From the IMG/VR virus record IMGVR_UViG_3300021185_003947: a stretch of DNA of 64,000 nt; one strand, 5' to 3'. Of the stretch, positions 25,377-35,332 are shown piece by piece. Each line of letters starts with the position of its first letter. Positions within the stretch are counted from its first letter, which is position 1. The position numbers and the translations under genes are program-made. Origin of the DNA: a virus. Lineage: Duplodnaviria; Caudoviricetes. The notes below the pieces were generated by a model, which did not search any database, was not told the DNA's origin, and worked only from the letters and a program-made list of their open reading frames with translations.

Positions 25377-26755
25377 AATTTAAATCCAGCAAAATTAGTA
25401 TTGGCTAATCTTTCACCAGTTGCTGTTTTATCAAAGACTGGGGTATCATCAATTAAATTTTGCTGAGAGTCTTCAGCGTCATATAGTCTCATTTTAGATC
25501 GATCAACGCCAATAACAAACCGCTTTTTGTATGTTGGATCGTTGTATCTATTCTTTAATTGTTTCAAAGCAATTTGACCCATTTGCTCAAGTTCTTCAGT
25601 AGATATAAGAGCAAACATTAAATCTGCCGTAGCGGGTAATCCAAAAGACTCGGACGTATCTTCAAGCCCAACATCTGAGTTACCATAACCACTACGCGTC
25701 GTTTGCGTTGCAGATACGATCGGGACATTGAATTCAACTGCCAATCCACGAAACTCTTCTGCAATTGCTTTAATATAATTATATGAATTGATAGCACCAC
25801 CCATACCTTTCATTCTAGCTGAAGCACAAATATTTAAATAATCAATGTAGATAATATCTGGTATAAATGACTTTTTAAGTTTTAGTTCACTTAGCAGCGC
25901 CCTCATATGACCGACATTAGCTGAACCAGTTGGATATTCTTTTACAATTAGTTTACCATTAGTTTTTGTTGAAAGATTATAAACCTTTTCAGCAAACATA
26001 GATTTGCTTAAATCGGTTAATTGATCAATCTGAATGTTAAGAAGATTTGCATCAATACGTTCAGCAATTCTTTCTTCAGCCATTTCTGCAGTAATATATA
26101 AAACATTCCTACCATCAGTAAGATTAGCAGCAGCAAAGTGACACATTGCCAATGACTTACCAACACCAGTTCCAGCTAAAATAATATTTAGTGTTTTACG
26201 AGGTAAGCCACCCTTTGTAATATCATTAAGTAATTCAATATCAAAGGGAACACGTTCTTCATCACGATGATAAAACTCGTAACGTTCTTCAAATGCTTCA
26301 AGATAATCATGGCCCACATTAGTATCAAATGATACACCAAGTGCTTTAGTTAGAATATCAGGAAGAGCATTTTTAGATAGCGTTTGATGTTTACCATCAA
26401 TAATACTAATTGATTCCATGACAGCATTAAATAAGGCTCGATCTTGACACCATTTTTCAGTAGCATCAAGTAGCCATTCTTCATCACTTTGCTCTTTTGT
26501 AAATAGTTCAGGAATAATTTCTATTGCTTGGCGATAATTATCATCACTAAAATTATCGGCTGAATCAATCTCAATTTTAAATGATTCAGCAGAAGGCAAT
26601 TTATTATACTTAGCAACAAATTTTCCAGATTGTTTAAAAAGCTCTTTGTAAATGCCTTCAAAATATTCTGCCTTAATAAAAGGCAGAACTTTTCTCATAT
26701 ATATTTCATTAGTTAGAATATTTTTAAGAACAACTTGTTCTATATTTGTATTCAC
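25373..26755 (-). CDS. 41: Replicative DNA helicase (T4 gp41)
   Basis: AGTGVGKS, ITAEMAEE, IDYLNIC and SATQTTRSG. Confidence 0.96.
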   Translation of the reverse strand: MNTNIEQVVLKNILTNEIYMRKVLPFIKAEYFEGIYKELFKQSGKFVAKYNKLPSAESFKIEIDSADNFSDDNYRQAIEIIPELFTKEQSDEEWLLDATEKWCQDRALFNAVMESISIIDGKHQTLSKNALPDILTKALGVSFDTNVGHDYLEAFEERYEFYHRDEERVPFDIELLNDITKGGLPRKTLNIILAGTGVGKSLAMCHFAAANLTDGRNVLYITAEMAEERIAERIDANLLNIQIDQLTDLSKSMFAEKVYNLSTKTNGKLIVKEYPTGSANVGHMRALLSELKLKKSFIPDIIYIDYLNICASARMKGMGGAINSYNYIKAIAEEFRGLAVEFNVPIVSATQTTRSGYGNSDVGLEDTSESFGLPATADLMFALISTEELEQMGQIALKQLKNRYNDPTYKKRFVIGVDRSKMRLYDAEDSQQNLIDDTPVFDKTATGERLANTNFAGFKL

Positions 26756-27045
26756 TATTTTACCTCATTAATATGTAGATCGCTGGCTTTATTTTCTATA
26801 GCATCTTCAATAATAGAAATCAAAACATCGCCGGCATGTTTTTGTAATTCTTCATTTTCTGAATTTAATGTTTCATCTGGACTAGTTTCAACATGAAAGT
26901 CAAACGTCATTTGTTCACCATCTTCCATGCGAATAGTGCCATATTGTATAACACTTTCTATAAAATCTCCAGTTAAAAATCTAATTTGCCAATCATCGTT
27001 ATCTCCTGGAATAAATTCATAATCTTTATTTTCTATATATTGCAT
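26755..27045 (-). CDS. Conserved hypothetical protein at the T4 gp40 position
   Basis: Acidic 96 aa between uvsX and 41; synteny only. Confidence 0.5.
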   Translation of the reverse strand: MQYIENKDYEFIPGDNDDWQIRFLTGDFIESVIQYGTIRMEDGEQMTFDFHVETSPDETLNSENEELQKHAGDVLISIIEDAIENKASDLHINEVK

Positions 27046-28100
27046 TACGACTCCATTTCTAGAATTTCATCCATATCAATTTCTGATTTATATCCAATTG
27101 TAAATTGATTTTTTACAAATTCTTTAAAGTTAGTATTAGCAAAAATAGGATCCCAAAATTCTTTTTCAAGAGTACCAGATTGTCTAACCTTTTTATCAGA
27201 AATTTCGCCAGTATCCATATTAACCGATGCATACCAACCATTAGATGGTTTAACTACATAGCCACCCGCCATGGCAACATCCAATAGACCAGAATATGTT
27301 TCAACACCACCTTCCCATGATACTGAAATAGGAATTTTAGACTTTTCTTTTACAAATCTAGATTTTTCAACATTAATAACAAAATCATAACCCGTAACTT
27401 CAGTTCCAGTTTTATTTTGCCTACGACCAAGAATCCAAATATTATTAGCACTATAATAGATACCAGTACCACCAGAAACTATTGCTTTTGGAAACAATCC
27501 GATTTCTTGATATGTGTGATTGACCGCTAACATGATAATATTTTTCATAGCTAGATATGGAGTAGTCATACGAAATAACGATTTAAGTTGTTTGGCTCTT
27601 GACATATCTGCTACAGACTTTTCGTTTTGAGCATCTTCAAGTTCTTTCTTTGATGCAAGGTTACCAATTGAATCAATAACAACAATAACATCATCTTTAG
27701 CATCAAGGCCTTCAAGTTGATTGACAAGATCAAATTTAAGTTCTTCTACATTTGTAATTGGTGTATGAAGAACACGTGATGGATCAATGCCAAATTGTTC
27801 AAAGTATGCTTGAGGTGAACCAAACTCACTGTCATAAAATAGCATGACAGCATCTTTCTTTTCTCGCAAATATGCACCGGCCATCAAAAGCGCAAAAGAA
27901 GTTTTAAAATGTTTAGATGGGCCAGCTAATACAGTAAGGCCAGGTGACATACCGCCATCAACTGAACCAGATAAAGCAACATTAACCATTGGTACATCAG
28001 TAGCAATAAGTTCTTTTGTATTAAAAAATTTAGACTCAGAAAGAACTTCTGTTGCTTTAAGTTTAGAATTCTTTTTAAGTTTATCCATAATGGACGCCAT
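27045..28100 (-). CDS. uvsX: RecA-like recombinase UvsX
   Basis: AGPSKHFKT, YDSEFG and DSIGNLAS. Confidence 0.96.
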   Translation of the reverse strand: MASIMDKLKKNSKLKATEVLSESKFFNTKELIATDVPMVNVALSGSVDGGMSPGLTVLAGPSKHFKTSFALLMAGAYLREKKDAVMLFYDSEFGSPQAYFEQFGIDPSRVLHTPITNVEELKFDLVNQLEGLDAKDDVIVVIDSIGNLASKKELEDAQNEKSVADMSRAKQLKSLFRMTTPYLAMKNIIMLAVNHTYQEIGLFPKAIVSGGTGIYYSANNIWILGRRQNKTGTEVTGYDFVINVEKSRFVKEKSKIPISVSWEGGVETYSGLLDVAMAGGYVVKPSNGWYASVNMDTGEISDKKVRQSGTLEKEFWDPIFANTNFKEFVKNQFTIGYKSEIDMDEILEMES

Positions 28101-28125
28101 GTATATCTCCTTTGATTATTAGATT

Positions 28126-28154
28126 ATTATATCATATAATGTTGATAAAGTAAA
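28126..28154 (-). promoter_or_regulatory. sigma70-type early promoter
   Basis: TTTACT-N17-TATAAT. Confidence 0.7.
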
Positions 28155-28158
28155 TAAG

Positions 28159-28977
28159 TTATTTGTTAAATGAGATATTTTGTTCAAGCTCCCTTTTATC
28201 TTTTGTATATTCAGATCTAATTTTATTATTTGATTTAATTACTTCATCTAATAAAGAAAACGATATTGCATAATCTAAAAACGCTGAAGTGTCTTTTGGA
28301 AAACAAGCTCCACCAAAACCCATTTTGCCATCAAATCCTGGAACACTCGTATGAGAGTTACCAATCCTTGGATCTGATCTCATTGCATAAGTAATCTCAT
28401 CAAAATTACAATCATGTTTTTGTATTATATCATAGAATTGATTGAACCATAATACCTTTGTAGCAAGAAAACAATTAATTCCATATTTAATAAAACTTGC
28501 TTCTTTTAATGTCACATGGTGGCATGGGCAAGGTTTACATTTACTATATTTTTTATATATTTTCTCAATATTATTTGTATCTTTAATATGCCCTCCAAAT
28601 ATATGCATTGGTGGATTAATAAAATCTTTATCTGCAGATTTTTCATTTAAAAATTCAGGATTATAAACTACTCTATCACCAGAAAGTTTATCTATAATGT
28701 CAGGTGTAACTGTTGATTTTATTACAATATGTCCAGCTCTATTAAGCTTTAACCATTTGACAGTTTCAATTACTAGTTCAGCATTAATTGATCCGTCATT
28801 ATTCATAGGTGTTGGTAAACATATAAAAAAGATATCATCAAATGGATTAGTATCTTCTACTGTAGTATTATATTTAATATCGATTGGTGTAATATCACAC
28901 AGTTTTTTATTAAAACCATTAATAATAGCTTTGCCTACAAATCCACATCCAATAACAGATATTTTTAATTTTAGCAT
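28159..28977 (-). CDS. ugd: UDP-glucose/GDP-mannose dehydrogenase family (short form)
   Basis: IGCGFVG, CLPTP, KST, NPEFL and GFGGACFPKD. Confidence 0.88.
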   Translation of the reverse strand: MLKLKISVIGCGFVGKAIINGFNKKLCDITPIDIKYNTTVEDTNPFDDIFFICLPTPMNNDGSINAELVIETVKWLKLNRAGHIVIKSTVTPDIIDKLSGDRVVYNPEFLNEKSADKDFINPPMHIFGGHIKDTNNIEKIYKKYSKCKPCPCHHVTLKEASFIKYGINCFLATKVLWFNQFYDIIQKHDCNFDEITYAMRSDPRIGNSHTSVPGFDGKMGFGGACFPKDTSAFLDYAISFSLLDEVIKSNNKIRSEYTKDKRELEQNISFNK

Positions 28978-30176
28978 ATAAATTCCTCTAATGTGTTACT
29001 CACCTTATCATAATTTATAGTTTGTTTTTTATTACATTGAATAGCAAATTTTGCATCAATCATTTGGTTATCAAGTCTGCCGTGTACAAAAGATTGAACT
29101 TGTTCAGCCATATCCTGTGCAGTAGTCACAGGAACATTTTGACAAATCATATTAAGATTTTTTATTCCACCTTGTAACATAAAATCACCTGGAAGTTTCA
29201 TAATAGAAAGACATTCTCGAATAGTCAAATAACGATCTTCATCTGGATGAGTAAGTGATCCTGGCATATGACCTACAAACGCTCCAATATAATCTTTAGG
29301 TATTTCAGTAGTCTTACGCATAATATTACCGCCACTTTTTAGCTTATGATACATACGATTACATTTACCAGCTTCGTTTTCAAATCCTTTTTCTTTCATC
29401 CACTCACCTACTTGATCATATTTAATTCCAGATTTTTCAATTTCATCAAGTGGATTAGTACTCTTTATAATTATATCTTGAAATTTAGAATGACAAATGC
29501 CATTATTAAGTTCTTCAAGTACATATTTATAAAACGGATTTTTACTTGGTATATTTTTATTAACAATTATATTCATAGGATCATCTTCATGTAGATCTAC
29601 ATTACGAATAGTATCTTCAATTTTTTCATGTTTGCGTTCAATATAACTTAACATTGGTATCTTATCACCTTGCCAGAAAAAATAAAAAGTACGATCACGT
29701 ACTTGGCTTAGTCCATGAAGTATAGATTTTGTTTTATAGATACTAAATGTATATCCATTTTGACTAGCAATTCGTTTTAACTGTTCAACAACAGGTTCGC
29801 CCATTTTGCTAGCCAGTCTTGGAGCATTTTCACCCCAAAATACTTTAGGTTTTAGTGTGCCTAAAACATGCCGAGCAGTACTTAACATCCAATCATTATT
29901 AGCATTAGTCGACGATGCAGATGGGCTAAGACTTGATAATCCAGCACATGGGCAAACAGTATTAATAACATCAACACTTGGTATGTTATAAGGAGTATCA
30001 CCATCTAAATGATGATAGGGTACTTTGTTTTTATAGTATTCAACTAACTGTCTATCATTAGCTTCAAACGCAGAATAGCTTAAAATATATTCAGGTTTTG
30101 TACCAAAAACATTTTCTTGGGCGATTGTTTCACCACCAATAAGTGGCACAATAGATGCGTGTTTATATGTCATCAA
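28971..30176 (-). CDS. C5-cytosine methyltransferase-like protein with atypical motif I
   Basis: PCAG (IV), ENAP (VI), QVRDR (VIII), RYLTIRE (IX) and QNVP (X); FxGxG replaced by PLIGG. Confidence 0.7.
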   Translation of the reverse strand: MMTYKHASIVPLIGGETIAQENVFGTKPEYILSYSAFEANDRQLVEYYKNKVPYHHLDGDTPYNIPSVDVINTVCPCAGLSSLSPSASSTNANNDWMLSTARHVLGTLKPKVFWGENAPRLASKMGEPVVEQLKRIASQNGYTFSIYKTKSILHGLSQVRDRTFYFFWQGDKIPMLSYIERKHEKIEDTIRNVDLHEDDPMNIIVNKNIPSKNPFYKYVLEELNNGICHSKFQDIIIKSTNPLDEIEKSGIKYDQVGEWMKEKGFENEAGKCNRMYHKLKSGGNIMRKTTEIPKDYIGAFVGHMPGSLTHPDEDRYLTIRECLSIMKLPGDFMLQGGIKNLNMICQNVPVTTAQDMAEQVQSFVHGRLDNQMIDAKFAIQCNKKQTINYDKVSNTLEEFIC

Positions 30177-31201
30177 AAAAAGTCCTCTAGTGTATTACTA
30201 ATTTCTTCACCAGTCCAATGTGGATAATATTGTCTTGATAAATGTATTGATTGAGGCTTTTCCATATAATCAAAATCTAACTCTCCTTCTCTATTTGTGA
30301 GTTTATTGACCCATCGAATTATTTTAGCTCTTTTAGCTTTTGTTTCTAAAATTTCTCTAAATTTTAATCTGGCCTCATTGCGCTGTTCCCAAGTACCCCA
30401 GAAGGGTTGGTCTTTATAATAACCAGACTTTGGTAATTTGCGACTAGTATGCTCAATAGGCAAAAGTTCATATATAGAAACATTTTCAATAGGTAATGCC
30501 TCAACTGCAGTTATATATCTTTCTGCTAAGTTAATAGTATTTTCTAAAAAATCTCCATCAAGCCGACAAACGTGATGGCGAATGTCAATATTACCAAAAT
30601 AACATTCAAGCTCTTTGATATTTTCAAAATCACTTATATATGTTTGAAGACCATCATTTAATGCGCCATTTAGTGTTTTAAATGGTACACTATTTACGGT
30701 CCAGCTTGGACGATACATACAAATAGAATGACTATCACCAATTACAAGCTTATTAGTTATTAAAGGATACTTAATAGTTTGAGCAGTTTCATACATTCTT
30801 TTAAGATTATCAATATCAACTTCAAGCCATTCAGATTGAATATCATTACCCTTTGCTTTTGCTTTATCAATTCTTTCTTGAATCATTTCATGATAAGGTG
30901 GAAAGTCAATTGCTAATGAATATACTTTACCTTTGAATTTTGAAAAGTTACGAGTGTTAGCAGCATAGGGAAATCCCTTTACACCACCAAACACATTCAT
31001 TGATCCAGACCAATCATTGCCATGATAAACATACATTTCGTCGTAGTCATTATGATCTTCAATTTTACCAGAATAGTTGATAGTAATATCAACTCCGGTT
31101 TGTTTGATCATATCAGCATAGATTGCACCTTGAGCACCTCTATGAGATGCCATACGAGTAGCAACTGGAATAAATGGAGCATTTAATATAGCTTTTATCA
31201 T
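30173..31201 (-). CDS. Putative DNA-modifying protein: beta-glucosyltransferase-like N-domain fused to an SGNH-like domain
   Basis: N-half KAILN / NDYDEMYV / MNVFGG / KFKGKVYSL resembles T4 BGT as I recall it. C-half has IGDSH, GNID and SIHLS. Confidence 0.45.
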   Translation of the reverse strand: MIKAILNAPFIPVATRMASHRGAQGAIYADMIKQTGVDITINYSGKIEDHNDYDEMYVYHGNDWSGSMNVFGGVKGFPYAANTRNFSKFKGKVYSLAIDFPPYHEMIQERIDKAKAKGNDIQSEWLEVDIDNLKRMYETAQTIKYPLITNKLVIGDSHSICMYRPSWTVNSVPFKTLNGALNDGLQTYISDFENIKELECYFGNIDIRHHVCRLDGDFLENTINLAERYITAVEALPIENVSIYELLPIEHTSRKLPKSGYYKDQPFWGTWEQRNEARLKFREILETKAKRAKIIRWVNKLTNREGELDFDYMEKPQSIHLSRQYYPHWTGEEISNTLEDFF

Positions 31202-31207
31202 TATAGT

Positions 31208-31236
31208 AATATATCACACTTTCTTATAAATGTAAA
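31208..31236 (-). promoter_or_regulatory. sigma70-type early promoter
   Basis: TTTACA-N17-TATATT. Confidence 0.6.
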
Positions 31237-31239
31237 GGT

Positions 31240-32337
31240 CTAAACCATAAAAGATTCTAATGGTGATGGTTCAAGTTTTTTCTTTAAATTTTCAGCAATA
31301 TCAACAAACGAATCAAACGTTAATGGTAACATTCTTTTAGTTTGAGCCTTTGAATTATCTTTGATTCCAAGAAAACAATTAAATTGACAAAAAGTAATTT
31401 CAGTACCAAAGGTTGTGAGATTACCATTTCGTTCAAGATTTTCTTTATAGAACATTGCAGAAGTGTTATCCATTTCAAAAAACTCATGTTGATGATCTCT
31501 AACTGCTATTATATATGCTTCCATAATTTCATTATTTTTAAATTTAACTTCTGGAAATACATACTCAAGACCACGTTTAGCACCAGGGCCAACTAAACAA
31601 TAATTATCATCCTCATCAATATTAGGTAAATCATTACATCTAGAAAAATTGCAGGGTGGGTGATATGAAAAATATGGTCCAATACCACGATGAGTAGAGA
31701 ACCAATCACAAACATCACCTAGTTTATTATTTTTATCTTGTACAACCTTACTCATACCAAGATCATCTAAATGAGCCATCCATCTAATCATGTGAGATAA
31801 AGCAAACTTTTCGTTTGGATCTTCATCTTCTTCTCTACAAAAATTACGAGCAGATGTTTGAAGACTAGTTTGAAGTTGAGTTGCACCCCAAACTTTCATT
31901 TTGTTTTTATTAGTATTTAGATTGTTATTAATCCAATGATAATAATCTTTTTTTAGTTTATATTCATCAAAATCAATAATTTTACTATAGTCAGTAGAGT
32001 CTGAAGCAACCAAAGTAAGTGTTGGCATACCTACAAACTTTACTGCCATAGCATTGAGAATTTTATTTCTCATTGAAGTATCTTGGTTAAATACAAAATT
32101 CTCTAACCAATATACCTCGGCATGTTTAGAACGATTTGGGTTCCAATATGAAACTTCTTGTCTCATTGCAGGGCCAAAATCTTCAGAGTATTCGTATTCG
32201 TTAATTTGACCCCTTTCTCTTAAAGTTTCTCTTTTAAAAAAATCAAGAACCCACTTATTAAAATAATTAAAATTATTTGGATCACGGGTCTGTTTTAACG
32301 TTTTAAGCGAAATCATGCCGCACATTTTCCTTTTCAA
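31240..32337 (-). CDS. aGPT-Pplase / amino-acid:DNA transferase-like protein (HhH-glycosylase fold)
   Basis: RGIGPYFSY...D...VGPGAKRGL..VFP...EITFCQF pattern. True start may be internal. Confidence 0.6.
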   Translation of the reverse strand: MKRKMCGMISLKTLKQTRDPNNFNYFNKWVLDFFKRETLRERGQINEYEYSEDFGPAMRQEVSYWNPNRSKHAEVYWLENFVFNQDTSMRNKILNAMAVKFVGMPTLTLVASDSTDYSKIIDFDEYKLKKDYYHWINNNLNTNKNKMKVWGATQLQTSLQTSARNFCREEDEDPNEKFALSHMIRWMAHLDDLGMSKVVQDKNNKLGDVCDWFSTHRGIGPYFSYHPPCNFSRCNDLPNIDEDDNYCLVGPGAKRGLEYVFPEVKFKNNEIMEAYIIAVRDHQHEFFEMDNTSAMFYKENLERNGNLTTFGTEITFCQFNCFLGIKDNSKAQTKRMLPLTFDSFVDIAENLKKKLEPSPLESFMV

Positions 32338-32737
32338 CTAAATCGTGTTGTAGCAATACCACATTAATGTGGGGCATCATTTTTCTAATGATTTCTGCTT
32401 GAATTGGATCATCTTCATAATGTATTCCAAATCTATATCCAAGTGTTTCAAGATGAAAAAGTGTCCGGCCTTTATGGCGGCCGGAGTCTTCTCTTGATTT
32501 TGATTCAAATGGTGTTGGATTTAAATACAATTCATTGGTTATATTTTTAGATTTAAGCATTGCTTCAGTTTCAGATCTTTCTTCATTAGATCGACCTGTA
32601 ATGATAACATCTCTATCACCTGGATAAACACCATCATATTTATCCATAAAAATAACACCATCAATATCAAAAGAATTAATTATTTTATCTGGAACAGCAT
32701 TTTGCTCTACATAATTATTCATAATCAGTTTTTCCAT
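32303..32737 (-). CDS. HAD-superfamily phosphatase
   Basis: FDIDGV, ITGRS, K and YEDD; directly downstream of the MIPS gene. Confidence 0.8.
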   Translation of the reverse strand: MEKLIMNNYVEQNAVPDKIINSFDIDGVIFMDKYDGVYPGDRDVIITGRSNEERSETEAMLKSKNITNELYLNPTPFESKSREDSGRHKGRTLFHLETLGYRFGIHYEDDPIQAEIIRKMMPHINVVLLQHDLVEKENVRHDFA

Positions 32738-34010
32738 CTTGGTATGTATATGGCAAATCTTTAGCTTTAGGATTAGATTTAGCTAATTGTGGCCGAGTCA
32801 TATTAGTAAGCTCTCGACGAGCAAGGGCATCACATTCAAACTTTGCATCAGATGTTGTAAGCTGAACAGGTGGAGTTTTTTGTGTATAAGCACTTGGCCC
32901 ACGAAGAATGCCAACAATTCCCATTTCAGCAGCTACTCGACAGAAACGAATTGCTGATATAACAACACCACCTGAGTTTGGTGAGTCTTGACATGATAGT
33001 CTAGCTTGAAGAGTATAACGAGCTCCACCAAATCCAAATGCTACAATATCAAGATCTGCAATCTTATTATCAGATCCAACATAATCACCACCTGGTTTTT
33101 GCATAACAGTTAGAGATGGGCCGGCATATAGTGTATCACCGGCATAGTCAACACCACGGACAGTATTCTGTCCTTTTAAAACATTTTCTTTTGAGATATG
33201 TTTATTATGTAAACGCTCTTTTTCAGCCATATTAATAAAGTCAGTGTTTGATGTAACACCATTACGAATATGTTCACGGCCTTGGGTTGCTCCACCAATT
33301 CGATTGGTTTGAGTATGATATGTAACATGTAAACCACCATCAATCATTGCACCCTGCAATACCTCAGATAAACGAGATGCTCCCCAAGCTGAACGCATAT
33401 CAGATCCAACAAAAGTAAGACCTGCATTAATAAATTTTTGTTCGATTTCTTGAGTTTCTTTTGTTTCAATCAATGTTGGAATACAATTAACAAAATGTAC
33501 TTCAGCAGCAAGAGCAACGTCTAAATAAAAGCGAGTAGCTTTTTCAGATCCAACTGGCAGATAATTAATAAGAACTTCGACACCAGATGATTTGATAAGA
33601 CTAACAATATCATCAAATGACTTAGCTGATTCAGCACCAACTCTAAATGATACTTCTTCAGGGTAATATTCCATCCATTCTGCAACACCATCAAGTGTTG
33701 GGCTTGAATACACTTGAGCGCCTTTGGCTACAGCTCCAGGTGAATTGTTTCCAGATTCTAATATTTCTTGAACATGATTCATTGCGCAATTTGGTTTTGC
33801 TCGTAAAGCTTCAATAAGAGGACGATTAACTTTACGACGGTCTACGTCAAAGCCAATTACAAATTCAACAGAGCTTGTATCGTATCCACCAATATCTGGA
33901 TACATAAGACCTACAGTATCATTTGGATTTTCATTATAATATTGCATGCCTTCAACAAGCGACTGTGCGCAGTTTCCTACACCAATAATACCAACTTTAA
34001 TTTTCTTCAT
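32715..34010 (-). CDS. ino1: myo-inositol-1-phosphate synthase homologue (Ino1 type)
   Basis: IGVGNCAQSLVEG, FDVDRRKV, YLPVGSE, VNCIP, TDFINM, ISK and DSPNS. Confidence 0.88.
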   Translation of the reverse strand: MKKIKVGIIGVGNCAQSLVEGMQYYNENPNDTVGLMYPDIGGYDTSSVEFVIGFDVDRRKVNRPLIEALRAKPNCAMNHVQEILESGNNSPGAVAKGAQVYSSPTLDGVAEWMEYYPEEVSFRVGAESAKSFDDIVSLIKSSGVEVLINYLPVGSEKATRFYLDVALAAEVHFVNCIPTLIETKETQEIEQKFINAGLTFVGSDMRSAWGASRLSEVLQGAMIDGGLHVTYHTQTNRIGGATQGREHIRNGVTSNTDFINMAEKERLHNKHISKENVLKGQNTVRGVDYAGDTLYAGPSLTVMQKPGGDYVGSDNKIADLDIVAFGFGGARYTLQARLSCQDSPNSGGVVISAIRFCRVAAEMGIVGILRGPSAYTQKTPPVQLTTSDAKFECDALARRELTNMTRPQLAKSNPKAKDLPYTYQDGKTDYE

Positions 34011-34137
34011 TTTTACTTCCTTTATTTCAGTTTTTTAAAGTGAGATTGGCTGCATAAGCAGAGTAGCTCACGTTATAGTTATAATAGTTTTAGTGATTAT
34101 ATTATATTACATTTTTAATAAAATGTAAACTAAAAGT

Positions 34138-34671
34138 TTACAAATTAACCCATCTATATTTAAGACCAGCTTCTTTGTAATATGACTTAGATCTTTGCCA
34201 TGAGTCATGCCATTTTTCATCAATCTTTTGCCGTGGCATGACTAGTTCAGCAACTCCTACTTGAATAAGTCCTTTTGCGCAATCAGAACAAGTAGGAAGA
34301 CCTGATACGTAAACAGTTGATTTATTTAAACACACACCATTAAAAGATGCATTATAAATCATGTTCATTTCAGCATGAACAATTCTAACATATTTCTCTT
34401 TTCGATTACTATATAGGTTAGGACTATCAAGCATTCCTCGAGGAAATCCATTATATCCTTGAGCTAAGACTTGCCCTTTTGAACCTACAGCAATGGCTCC
34501 AATTTGGCTTGAAGGATCTTTAGACCATCCAGCAATAGTTTTAGCTAGCTCTAAATATCTTAGATCCCACTTATGTTGTCGGGCAAGAAAAGCTTTATCA
34601 TTTTTTTTATGAGCATTCTCTCTATCTTTCATATCATTATAATTATTTGACAAGATTAAAATGCCTTTCAT
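34138..34671 (-). CDS. cd: dCMP deaminase
   Basis: SKDPSSQIGA, GYNGFPRG, HAEMN and PTCSDC. Confidence 0.93.
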   Translation of the reverse strand: MKGILILSNNYNDMKDRENAHKKNDKAFLARQHKWDLRYLELAKTIAGWSKDPSSQIGAIAVGSKGQVLAQGYNGFPRGMLDSPNLYSNRKEKYVRIVHAEMNMIYNASFNGVCLNKSTVYVSGLPTCSDCAKGLIQVGVAELVMPRQKIDEKWHDSWQRSKSYYKEAGLKYRWVNL

Positions 34672-35332
34672 ATACGTGAAGATTTTGTACCTGCCAGATC
34701 ATCATACCAGCGCTAACTGGATCTTTAACTATACAGATATTATTTAAATCATCTACTAATTTATTTTGTACATGTCGTTGCCAAGCATAATCGTTCTTAT
34801 AACCAAACACCACATCATTAGACCGCATTTGGACTACACAATGAAGTAAATTATCACGAATATAGTAAGTGACAGCGTTAGTACAAATGAAATCAGATTT
34901 TCCATTTTCGTTAAACTCCACCCAAATAGAAGGCCGATTGTAGATCATAGAAGCACGTCTACCATCGGGATTTTTGTCTAGTTCAGCCAATACGTTTTGA
35001 TATTGATCATAGTATTTATTCGAATAAATTAGATGACCATAGTTTGAATTAATTTCACCATGTGTATTAGCAGCATATTTCCAAGCAGCTGGAGCATCTT
35101 CGCCAGACTCTTTATTAATATCAAAGATATTAGTTGATTGGCTATCATACCAATCCAATTCTTTTTGAATATATGAAAGAGACGGTTTACCAAATATAGA
35201 TGGCTCATCAGCAATAAATGATGCACCAATCATTTCAATAGTGCGTGCGCCAGTTTTATCAATAGTAAATGCTTCATCATTTAATTCATCAATAAAGAAT
35301 TGACGAACATCTTTTACAGAATTCATTTTCAT
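34643..35332 (-). CDS. 42: dCMP hydroxymethyltransferase (T4 gp42-like)
   Basis: DKTGARTIEMIGASFIADEP, GEINSNYG, DFICT and MRSNDVVFGYKNDYAWQ, with the cytosine-specifying Asp as in T4 gp42. Confidence 0.88.
   Translation of the reverse strand: MKMNSVKDVRQFFIDELNDEAFTIDKTGARTIEMIGASFIADEPSIFGKPSLSYIQKELDWYDSQSTNIFDINKESGEDAPAAWKYAANTHGEINSNYGHLIYSNKYYDQYQNVLAELDKNPDGRRASMIYNRPSIWVEFNENGKSDFICTNAVTYYIRDNLLHCVVQMRSNDVVFGYKNDYAWQRHVQNKLVDDLNNICIVKDPVSAGMMIWQVQNLHVYERHFNLVK

Noticed and set aside
34100-34129. Early promoter upstream of the MIPS gene
   Set aside because: GTTTACA is present but TATAAT boxes lie at 14 and 22 nt spacing. Plausible but not supported well enough to list.
34643-35332. 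Thymidylate synthase or dUMP hydroxymethylase call
   Set aside because: The sequence follows T4 gp42 closely, has Asp (NDYAWQ) at the specificity position, and ThyX is already present. A related dCMP-hydroxylase activity cannot be excluded.
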